Assembly: GCA_965202985.1 (NCBI GenBank)
Contig: CBDBCF010000001.1
Location: forward strand, 1,280,001-1,344,000
Direction of reading: 5' to 3'
Origin: Longimicrobiales bacterium
Lineage (GTDB): Bacteria > Gemmatimonadota > Gemmatimonadetes > Longimicrobiales > Gaopeijiaceae
DNA: 64,000 bases
Positions 38,414-46,360 of the stretch are shown here, piece after piece. A program made the position numbers and the translations under genes. Position 1 is the stretch's first letter. Every line of letters begins with the position of its first letter. Below the pieces are notes generated by a model. It saw nothing but the letters and a program-made list of their open reading frames with translations. It was not told the origin of the DNA and did no database searches.

Positions 38414-40255
38414 TTGACCCGACGCCTCTTCCGACGGCCCGCAGCAGCAGCGACGGCGGTGGCAGCGTTGACGGCCTGGGCGATCATGGGCGCAGGCTCT
38501 AGGGGGCTTCGGGCCCAGACGGCGACGGGAGAGCCGTCGGCTGGGGGGTGCTCCGGTTCGACCGTCGGCGAGATCCGGGTGGAGAACCGATCGGTCTTCC
38601 ACTTCGACGAGCGGGAGCCCGCGGGCCGCCTCCAAAGGCTTGTCCGCTTCGTGTCGAACCGGCTGCACCGGCGCACGCGCCGCGGCTTCCTGGAAGACGA
38701 GCTTCTCTTCCGGGTCGGGGACTGCGTGGACCCGTTGCGGATCTCGGAGTCGGCCAGGATCCTCCGGGCCTATCCGTTCATCGCCGAAGCCAGCGTGCGC
38801 GTGGTGGACGAACCAGCGCCGGACCAAGCGTCCGCCGCCCGGTCCGTCGTCGTCGAGACCCAGGACGAATGGACGTTGAAGCTCAATGTGCTGCCCAAGC
38901 TCCGGGGCGGCTTCGGCTTCACCCGCGCCGAGCTCGCCGAGGAAAGCTTGTGGGGCACGGGCACGAGGCTGGGCTTTTTCTGGCGCGAGCGAGACGAGCA
39001 GCGGGACCTGGGAGCGGCGCTGGGCACGCCCCGGCTCTTCGGCACGCGCTTGGACGGCGCGCTCACGGGCGGTCGGACCCGCACCGGCGTCTTCTTCGAG
39101 GAGTCGCTGGCCTACCCGTTCACGGGCGAAGTGGGGAAGTACGCGTTCGTCGAGTCGTTCTCCAGGCGCGAGGGCCTGTTCTCGTTCGCGGCGCCGGAGG
39201 GGCTGCCGTTCACTCACGCGATCTTGCCCATGGAGAGCCGCCGGGCCGCCGCAACGCTGGGAATGCGGACGGGCGAGCCCGGCGACTTCGCGATCTTCGC
39301 CGCCGGCGTGGCTTGGGAGGACGTGTCGTTCGGGGACTTCCCGGACGGCGTGGAGGTCGTTCCGGGCCTGGACTTCTCCGTGCGCGAAGCCGCCGACCCC
39401 GAGACCGTCACGCTCCTGCGGCCCCACGCGGTGGCCCGAAGCGCCACCCGCGCCCTGTTACTGCTCGGGAAGCGCAACATCCGGTACGTGGCGCGCAGAG
39501 GGCTGGACGCGATCCGAGGCGAGCAGGACGTGGCCACCGGCGCTCAGGCGCTCGCTACCGTCGGGACCACCTTGGGCGGGTCCTGGTTTCGGGACTACCA
39601 GGCTCGCTTGTCGCTCTTCGCCGGTGCTGCCGGGCCCGCCTGGGTGTTCAACTCCAGCCTGGGGCTCGAGGGTGCCCGCCGGGGCGACCAGCCGTCCGTC
39701 CGCGACGTGCTGGGCGAGTTCGACGCCTACTTCTACTGGCAACCCGACCGCGCCCCTCGCCAAACCCTGGTTGCCCACCTCTCGGGGTCCGGCGGCTGGA
39801 ACAACTCCGTGCCGTTCCAGCTGACGTTGGGAAGCCCGACCGGAGGCATCCGCGGGCTCGCCCCGGAGGACTTCCCAGCCGGCCGCCGAGTCGTGCTGAA
39901 CCTGGAGGACCGAATCGCGTTGGACGGCCCGTTTGCCGATCTGCTGGACGTGGGGGTAGCCGTGTTCATGGACGCCGGCGCCGTGTGGCAGGGCGACGCC
40001 CCCTTCGGCGTCAACTCGGGGTTGCGGGTCTCCGCGGGCGCCGGGTTGCGGTTCGGCTTCCCTCCCGGCACGCGCAACGTCTACGGACTGGACGTGGCCG
40101 TGCCGTTCGGGGGCGAGGGTCTGCGCGGCGTGCGCCTCCACATGGGCGTCTCGCAAGTGGCCAGCCTCCTGGAAGGCTTCGGGCACCGCCAAGTCCGCCG
40201 GAGCCGGACCGTTCGGACGCCCGAGGCCGTGTTCGGCGGCCGCTTGGCCCGGTGA
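38414..40255 (+). CDS. Omp85/BamA-TamA family outer-membrane protein
   Basis: Signal peptide, POTRA-like ELLFRVGD..ESARILR, TQDEWTL, GIRG motif, FMDAGAVW, AGAGLR, LDVAVPF. Confidence 0.7.
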   Translation: MTRRLFRRPAAAATAVAALTAWAIMGAGSRGLRAQTATGEPSAGGCSGSTVGEIRVENRSVFHFDEREPAGRLQRLVRFVSNRLHRRTRRGFLEDELLFRVGDCVDPLRISESARILRAYPFIAEASVRVVDEPAPDQASAARSVVVETQDEWTLKLNVLPKLRGGFGFTRAELAEESLWGTGTRLGFFWRERDEQRDLGAALGTPRLFGTRLDGALTGGRTRTGVFFEESLAYPFTGEVGKYAFVESFSRREGLFSFAAPEGLPFTHAILPMESRRAAATLGMRTGEPGDFAIFAAGVAWEDVSFGDFPDGVEVVPGLDFSVREAADPETVTLLRPHAVARSATRALLLLGKRNIRYVARRGLDAIRGEQDVATGAQALATVGTTLGGSWFRDYQARLSLFAGAAGPAWVFNSSLGLEGARRGDQPSVRDVLGEFDAYFYWQPDRAPRQTLVAHLSGSGGWNNSVPFQLTLGSPTGGIRGLAPEDFPAGRRVVLNLEDRIALDGPFADLLDVGVAVFMDAGAVWQGDAPFGVNSGLRVSAGAGLRFGFPPGTRNVYGLDVAVPFGGEGLRGVRLHMGVSQVASLLEGFGHRQVRRSRTVRTPEAVFGGRLAR

Positions 40256-40315
40256 TCCCCTCCTCGGACGCGCTGGTCGCGACGGGAAGAACATTCGTAG
40301 TCCCCGAAAAAACAT

Positions 40316-40344
40316 TTGACTTCCGGGAGGCGGAGTCGTAAACT
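40316..40344 (+). promoter_or_regulatory. Sigma-70 promoter of the sigma factor gene
   Basis: TTGACT-N17-TAAACT preceded by an A-tract. Confidence 0.7.
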
Positions 40345-40448
40345 GTCGTCGCTCAGGGGCTCCGCGGGGCGCGGGCCGACATCGACGCGGTCGCGACGCC
40401 TCCGGGGCTGGAGCCCATCGTTCATTTCGTCCCGACAGGAGGAAGGCC

Positions 40449-41309
40449 TTGTTTGCAAGCTCGCGGGGTTTGGACTCGTTTGACCAGTACCTGCAGGACG
40501 TGGAGCGCTATCCCCTGATCTCGGACCCGGAAGAGGAGCGGGACTTGGCCCGCCGGGCTCGGGCCGGCGACAAGGAGGCGGCGGAACGGCTGGTGACCGC
40601 AAACCTGCGCTTCGTGATCTCCTACGTGAAGAAGTACCAGGGTCGGGGGCTGGGCCTTTCGGAGCTGGTGTGCATCGGGAACGAAGGCCTGCTGAAGGCC
40701 GTCAAGAAGTTCGACCCCGACAAGGGAGTCAAGTTCATCTCCTACGCCGTTTGGTGGATCCGCCAGACGGTGCTTCAAGCGCTCGCCGAGCAGACCCGCT
40801 CGGTGCGGATTCCGCTGAATCAGAACTCCAATCTGGCCCGGCTGGCGCGCACGACAACCGCCCTCACGCAGCAGCTTGGCCGCACCCCCACCGATCAGGA
40901 GCTGGCCCAAGAGATGCGCGAGCCGATCGACACGGTGCGGGCGTTGCGCCGTGTGGCGGCGGCGGAGATCAGCCTGGACGCGCCCATGGACCGGGGCGAC
41001 CGGGACAGCGCGAACTACGGGGAGCGGTTCGCCGGCACCGGGGCCGCCGAGATCGAGGAAGACGCAGAGGCCCGCATCCGCCGCAACTACATCGAAGAGA
41101 TGTTCGACGCCTACCTGACGGAGCGGGAGAGGAAGATCCTCTACCTGTACTACGGTCTGGACGACGGCGAAGAGCGGACGCTGGAGGACATCGGCCGCCT
41201 CCTCGGCGTGACGCGAGAACGGATTCGCCAGATCAGGAACCGCGCCTTCGAGAAGCTCCGGGAGAGCCCCCAGGGCGAGTCCCTGTCCGGGTTCTGGAAC
41301 GCGAACTAA
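40449..41309 (+). CDS. RNA polymerase sigma-70 factor, RpoD/SigA family (no region 1.1)
   Basis: DQYLQDV, ANLRFVIS..KKY, KFDPDKGVKFISYAVWWIRQ, TLEDIG..GVTRERIRQI; GGAGGA RBS before TTG. Confidence 0.95.
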   Translation: MFASSRGLDSFDQYLQDVERYPLISDPEEERDLARRARAGDKEAAERLVTANLRFVISYVKKYQGRGLGLSELVCIGNEGLLKAVKKFDPDKGVKFISYAVWWIRQTVLQALAEQTRSVRIPLNQNSNLARLARTTTALTQQLGRTPTDQELAQEMREPIDTVRALRRVAAAEISLDAPMDRGDRDSANYGERFAGTGAAEIEEDAEARIRRNYIEEMFDAYLTERERKILYLYYGLDDGEERTLEDIGRLLGVTRERIRQIRNRAFEKLRESPQGESLSGFWNAN

Positions 41310-41355
41310 CCGCCTGGAACCGGGGACCGCTCGGGCCTCCATCGGCCCCCCAACG

Positions 41356-41402
41356 GGAGCCGGCGACGCGACCTGAAGCGTCGCCGGCTCCGTTCTTGTT
41401 TT
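41356..41402. terminator. Intrinsic terminator hairpin between convergent sigma and ssb genes
   Basis: Perfect 14-bp stem GGAGCCGGCGACGC / GCGTCGCCGGCTCC, 8-nt loop, followed by GTTCTTGTTTT. Confidence 0.8.
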
Positions 41403-41430
41403 GCGACCGCCGGCGTGCCGGCGCGAGAGG

Positions 41431-41769
41431 TCAGTCGTCGGCGTTCTTGGGGGTCAGCATGACCATCTCCCGGGCCCTAACTTCGGCCGTGGGGATGGTC
41501 ACGCCGTCTCGTTCGTAGGAGTCGTACCGCAGATACCCCTCCACGAAGAGCTTGTCGCCCTTGGACACGTAGTCCTCGGCCACTTGGGCGAGCCTTCCCC
41601 AGAGGTTCACGCGGTGCCAGTCGGTGCGCTCCTCCGGGTCGTCTCCCCCGGTGCGCCAGTTCGTGGCCAGCGAGATGCGGGCCACCTTCACCCCGGCGCT
41701 GGTCAGGCGCACCTCCGGGTCGTTGCCCACGTTCCCCACGAGAATGATCTTGTTCACCGTTCGGCTCAC
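41431..41769 (-). CDS. ssb: Single-stranded DNA-binding protein (short, 112 aa)
   Basis: VNKIILVGNVGNDPEVR, TDWHRV, KGDKLFVEGYL; AAAGGAGG RBS before GTG. Confidence 0.93.
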   Translation of the reverse strand: MSRTVNKIILVGNVGNDPEVRLTSAGVKVARISLATNWRTGGDDPEERTDWHRVNLWGRLAQVAEDYVSKGDKLFVEGYLRYDSYERDGVTIPTAEVRAREMVMLTPKNADD

Positions 41770-42044
41770 GGTCGTTCCTCCTTTGTCCGCGAGTCCGGGC
41801 GGCCGGGGCGTCGCGGATTTCGGCCGCCGGCGGAGCCCGAGAATGGGTGGAACCAGCAAGATCGGTTCCGATTTCGGGCGCTTACATGGATGGATCGGCC
41901 CGACTTTCCCGAACCCGGTCCGGGCTACGTATTCATTGGGGTTTCGGGATGCATCGCGGCCGCGTCCGACGCCCCCGGTGGACCGGCGCACCCCCGTTCC
42001 GCAACTGAGCGCCTCCTTCTCGGGGCCCGCGGACCGGGACCTCC

Positions 42045-44849
42045 TCACGCCTTGCAGTCGTACCAGGTCTTCCCGGCCCCGGTGTCCACGCGCAACGGAA
42101 CGGCCAGCTCCGCGGCCGACTCCATGACTTGGACCACTTCGGCCTCGACGTCCTCCACCCGGTCCTCCCGCACCTCGAAGACCAGCTCGTCGTGGACTTG
42201 CAGGAGCATCTTGGCGTCGCCCGCTCGCGCCTCCGCCCCCCCCGGCTCGGGGCCGCCGCCCTCCAGCATCCGATGCAGGCGGATCATCGCCACCTTGATG
42301 AGGTCGGCCGCGGTCCCCTGAACCGGCGTGTTCTGCGCCACCCGCTCGCCGAACTTGCGAACGTTCCACGACTTGGCGCGCAGTTCGGGCACGCGCCGAC
42401 GCCGGCCCATCAGGGTCTCCACGAAGCCCGTCCGCTTGGCGCGCTCCACCTGCTCGTCCAGGAAGCGCCGCACGCCCGAGAAGCGCTCGAAGTAGTCGGC
42501 GATGAACGCCTTGGCCTCGTCCATCGGGATGCCCAGTCGGCGCGCCAGCGAGAACGCGCCCTGGCCGTAGAGCGTAGCGAAGTTGACGGTCTTGGCGCGC
42601 GCGCGCATGTCGCCCGTCACCTGGTCCACGGGGACCCCGAAGATCACGGCGGCGGTCTCCCGGTGGACGTCCTTGTCCTGCTTGAAGGCGCGGACGAAGA
42701 CCGGATCGCCCGAGAAGTGGGCCAGCACGCGAAGCTCGATCTGGGAATAGTCGGCCGTGAGCAGCAGGGCGCCGTCCGCGGCCTTGAACCCCCGGCGGAT
42801 CTCGCGGCCCTCGGCGGTGCGCACGGGGATGTTCTGTAGGTTGGGGTCCGACGACGAGAGACGGCCCGTGGCCGCGACCGTCTGGTTGAAGGTGGTGTGG
42901 ATGCGGCGCGTGGCCCGGTTCTCCAGGGCGGGCAGAGCCTCCACGTAGGTCCCGCGGAGCTTCTCCAGGCGGCGGAACTCGAGCAGCAGCCGAGGCAGCT
43001 CGTGGCCGTCGGCGGCCAGCTCTTCCAGCACGTCCGAGTCCGTGGACGGCCCCGTCTTGGTGCGCTTCAGGACGGGAAGCTCCAGGCGCTCGAAGAGGAC
43101 TTGGCGCAGCTGGGGCGTCGAGTTGAGGTTGAAGCCGCCGCCCGCCACTCGGTGCACATCGTCGCGCACCAGGCGGAGGCTCTCTTCCAGACGCCGGCCC
43201 ATCTCGGCGAAGAAGGGCGCGTCGATCCGCACGCCGTGCATCTCCATCGTCGCCAGGACGGGGATCAGGGGCGTCTCCATCTCGTCGAAGAGGCGGTCGA
43301 GCCCCTGGGCGGCCAGTTCGCCGGCGAAGTGGTCCCACAGGCGGAGCGGCAGTTCGGCGATCTCGCAGGCCAAGTCCAGCACCCGTTCAGCCGGCACGTC
43401 TCCGAAGGCGCGGCGCTCCTTGCCCTTGCCCAGAACCTGCGCCGGCGGGACGGTATCCAGGCCCAGGAAGTCGGTGGCCAACGCCGCCAGGTCTTGATGG
43501 CGACGGCCGGGGTCCAGCACATACGACGCCACCATGACGTCCTTCAGCGGACCCGCCAGCACGATCCCTTCGCGCCGGCAGGCCACCAGAGAGGCCTTCA
43601 GGTCGTGTCCCACCTTGGCCACGCCGGGGTCCGCCAGGAGCTCCCGGACGGGCGCCATCTCGCGGCTGTCCAACGGGGGCAGGTTGGCCACTCGCTCGGG
43701 GTCCGTGGCACCGTCGGTTGCGCCGGTCTCCAGGTCCAGCGCCATGTCGCCCGCGTCGTGGGCCAGCGGCAGGTAGAACGCGCGTCCCGGCGCCGGCGAC
43801 AGCGCCAGCCCCGCGGGGCGGTCTCGGTGGGGGTTGAGGGTTCGGTTCAGCACCGCCACGCCGATGCTTCCGGTCTCCCGACATTCGCGGGCCAACTCCG
43901 CCAGCGAGTCCACATCGGTCGCGAGAATGTGGTCGGCCTTCGAGCGCGACCCCGCATCGGCGCCCAAGCGCTTCAACAGCTCCCGGAACTCGAGCTCCAC
44001 GTAGAGGGCGCGAAGCCGCTCCAGGTCGGGCGGCGACACCCGAAGGGCGCTCGGCTCGGCGTCCAGCGGCACATCGGTGCGGATCGTCACCAGCTCCTTG
44101 GACAGCAGGACCTGGTCCCGGTTGGCCAGCAGGGATTCACGGACGCGCTTTGCCGACAGCTCTTCGGCGTGGTCCAGCACCTCCTCCACCGTGTCGTGGA
44201 CCGCCAGCAGCTTGAGCGCGGTCTTGGGGCCGACGCCCGGGGCGCCGGGCACGTTGTCCGACGCGTCGCCCACCAGGGACATGAAGTCCACGACCCGGCC
44301 GGGGGGCACGCCGAACTTGTCCGCCGCCTTGTCCTCGTCCACCCACTCGGGAGCGACGGCGCCGGGGCCTCCTCGGCCCGGGTTCAGCAGGCGCACGCCG
44401 GGTCCCACCAGCTGGTAGAAGTCCTTGTCGCCCGACACGATCACCGCTTCCATGCCCCGGGCGACCGCCTGCGCCGCCAGCGTCCCGATCACGTCGTCCG
44501 CCTCCCATCCGTCCACCGCAACCACGCGGCTGCCGAACGCCGCCACCAACGCCTCGATGCGCGGCAAGCTTTCCCGGAGCTCGTCGGGCATCTTCTCGCG
44601 CGTGGCCTTGTAGGCCGGGTAGAGCTGCTCCCGGTGGCTGCGCCCGGAATCGAAGACGACCGCCATGTACTCGGGGCGGTGCTCGTCCAGGATGCCCTGC
44701 AGGAAGGAGGCGAAGCCGAACGGCGCCGACGTGTTCTCGCCCTTCGCGTTGGTCAGCGGTCGGTTCGCGAAGGCGAACCAAGCGCGGTAGACCAGGGCGT
44801 AGGCGTCGATCAGGAAGAGTCGGGGCCCAGTCCTGGGCGACTGGTCCAC
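42045..44849 (-). CDS. polA: DNA polymerase I
   Basis: 5'-3' exonuclease (EADDVIGTLA, GDKD, GDASDNVPG), TGRLSSSDPNLQNIP, ADYSQIELR, AKTVNF, QVHDELVFE. Confidence 0.97.
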   Translation of the reverse strand: MDQSPRTGPRLFLIDAYALVYRAWFAFANRPLTNAKGENTSAPFGFASFLQGILDEHRPEYMAVVFDSGRSHREQLYPAYKATREKMPDELRESLPRIEALVAAFGSRVVAVDGWEADDVIGTLAAQAVARGMEAVIVSGDKDFYQLVGPGVRLLNPGRGGPGAVAPEWVDEDKAADKFGVPPGRVVDFMSLVGDASDNVPGAPGVGPKTALKLLAVHDTVEEVLDHAEELSAKRVRESLLANRDQVLLSKELVTIRTDVPLDAEPSALRVSPPDLERLRALYVELEFRELLKRLGADAGSRSKADHILATDVDSLAELARECRETGSIGVAVLNRTLNPHRDRPAGLALSPAPGRAFYLPLAHDAGDMALDLETGATDGATDPERVANLPPLDSREMAPVRELLADPGVAKVGHDLKASLVACRREGIVLAGPLKDVMVASYVLDPGRRHQDLAALATDFLGLDTVPPAQVLGKGKERRAFGDVPAERVLDLACEIAELPLRLWDHFAGELAAQGLDRLFDEMETPLIPVLATMEMHGVRIDAPFFAEMGRRLEESLRLVRDDVHRVAGGGFNLNSTPQLRQVLFERLELPVLKRTKTGPSTDSDVLEELAADGHELPRLLLEFRRLEKLRGTYVEALPALENRATRRIHTTFNQTVAATGRLSSSDPNLQNIPVRTAEGREIRRGFKAADGALLLTADYSQIELRVLAHFSGDPVFVRAFKQDKDVHRETAAVIFGVPVDQVTGDMRARAKTVNFATLYGQGAFSLARRLGIPMDEAKAFIADYFERFSGVRRFLDEQVERAKRTGFVETLMGRRRRVPELRAKSWNVRKFGERVAQNTPVQGTAADLIKVAMIRLHRMLEGGGPEPGGAEARAGDAKMLLQVHDELVFEVREDRVEDVEAEVVQVMESAAELAVPLRVDTGAGKTWYDCKA

Positions 44850-44868
44850 GAGACCCGGGCCCCCTGGG

Positions 44869-45069
44869 TCAGGCGCGGATCACGTTGGCCGCCTGAAGCC
44901 CCCGCTCCGTCTCCCGAACCTCGAACTCGACCTCTTCGCCCTCCGTCAGAGTTCGGAAGCCGGTCCCCTCGATGGAGCTGAAGTGGACGAAGATGTCGTC
45001 GCCCGACGACTGGGAGATGAATCCGTACCCCTTGGATTCGTTGAACCACTTGACCGTGCCCTTGGCCAT
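44869..45069 (-). CDS. Cold-shock protein (CspA family)
   Basis: [29 protein letters not shown]. Confidence 0.96.
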   Translation of the reverse strand: MAKGTVKWFNESKGYGFISQSSGDDIFVHFSSIEGTGFRTLTEGEEVEFEVRETERGLQAANVIRA

Positions 45070-45150
45070 TCCTGCGATCCTCCTGGGAAGATGAGACCTG
45101 GGAAGACGAGACGCTCCCCTCTGGACCGCCGGCAGCGATCCCGGGCGGCC

Positions 45151-45179
45151 ACTATGGGCGCGCGCGCCGGTCGAGTCAA
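45151..45179 (-). promoter_or_regulatory. Sigma-70 promoter of the csp gene
   Basis: TTGACT-N17-CATAGT, giving a ~75-nt 5' UTR as expected for csp mRNAs. Confidence 0.55.
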
Positions 45180-45853
45180 GGACGCGGCCCCAAGACTTCC
45201 TTCAGGTCCTGAATCCTCTCCGAAGTGACCTGCCGCAGGTCTTGGATGCGGTCGCCCACATGTTCCTTCAGGTCGTCGATCCGCTTGTCCACGTGTTCTT
45301 TCAGGTCGTCGATCCGGGTACCCAGGTGCTCCTTGAGGTCGTCGATCCGCATGCCGAGGATCTTCAGGATGCGTTCCTCCGACTCGCGGATCGCCTGGCC
45401 GATCGTCGCGTGAGCGCGCTCGCCCTCGGCCCGCACCGGGGCTACCTCGCCGCGCACCTGTGCAACTTCGCCCCGCACCTGGGCCACCTCCGTCTGCAGT
45501 TGCGCCACCTCGGTCTGCACTTTGGCAACTTCGCCCCGCACTTGCGCGACCTCGGCCTGCACTTGGGCAACGTCGGCCTGCACCTGCGCAACTTCGCCCC
45601 GCACTTGCGCGACCTCGGCCTGCACTTGGGCAACGTCGGTCTGCACCTGGGCAACTTCGCCCCGCACTTGGACCACCTCGCTGCGCACTTGGGCAACCTC
45701 GCCGCGCACCTGCGCAATCTCGCCCCGCACCTGTGCAATTTGGTCCTTCATCTCGTCCCTCAGTTCGTCGATCCGCCGGCCCAGCAGCCGGCTCATGACC
45801 AGGAACCCGGTCGCCAGCGCCGTCAGTCCGCCCAGCCATTCCGCTACCGTCAT
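45176..45853 (-). CDS. Membrane-anchored coiled-coil repeat protein
   Basis: AAAGGAGG RBS; N-terminal hydrophobic helix; 15 heptads (V/I)AQVRGE; 5 hendecads [11 protein letters not shown]. Confidence 0.8.
   Translation of the reverse strand: MTVAEWLGGLTALATGFLVMSRLLGRRIDELRDEMKDQIAQVRGEIAQVRGEVAQVRSEVVQVRGEVAQVQTDVAQVQAEVAQVRGEVAQVQADVAQVQAEVAQVRGEVAKVQTEVAQLQTEVAQVRGEVAQVRGEVAPVRAEGERAHATIGQAIRESEERILKILGMRIDDLKEHLGTRIDDLKEHVDKRIDDLKEHVGDRIQDLRQVTSERIQDLKEVLGPRP
45185..45349 (-). repeat. 33-bp coding tandem repeat x5
   Basis: [11 protein letters not shown] / [11 protein letters not shown] / [11 protein letters not shown] / [11 protein letters not shown] / [10 protein letters not shown]. 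Confidence 0.8.
45425..45739 (-). repeat. 21-bp coding tandem repeat x15
   Basis: Heptads [21 protein letters not shown] etc., contiguous with no unique spacers. Confidence 0.9.
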
Positions 45854-46131
45854 TCTACTTCCTCCTTTCGGACGGTCGATGCCGTCCCGTCGTGGTGGTC
45901 CCGCTGCCTGCGGGTCGGGACGGCATGTCCGCCCCAGTCGCCAAGATAACGGCGCCGGCCCGCTGGCCAACTGCCCCGAGGGCCAACCATCCTGCGGGCC
46001 GAGTCCACGGGGACGCGAGCCGCCGACACGCCCCGCCGCCGCTGGAAATCCCAGCCGCAAGTGGCGATATTGCCGGGGCAGTCGTCGCCCTGTAGTTCGC
46101 TACCTCGCCACGAGACAGCCGGGAGGTTCCG

Positions 46132-46326
46132 GTGGCAGATTCCGTCGCCGTCGACGCCAAGCGCATCCTGCTCCGATACGGGGCTCCGATCACCGCGCTG
46201 GACAACGTGTCCGACGAGGAACGGATCGCCTTGGCGCGCGAGATCGCCAAGACGCCGCTTGCCGAGCGCGAGGCCCGCCTCCGCGAGATGCTCGAGAAGG
46301 CGGGCCACGTTCAGCCCGCGGACTGA
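46132..46326 (+). CDS. Small hypothetical protein (64 aa)
   Basis: GGGAGG RBS before GTG, host-like codon usage, helical sequence. Confidence 0.7.
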   Translation: MADSVAVDAKRILLRYGAPITALDNVSDEERIALAREIAKTPLAEREARLREMLEKAGHVQPAD

Positions 46327-46360
46327 ACCGACGACGCTCGCGTACTGACGGACCGACCCG

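Noticed and set aside
45425..45739. Possible CRISPR array
   Set aside because: Units are contiguous 21-bp in-frame coding repeats with no unique spacers and no cas genes
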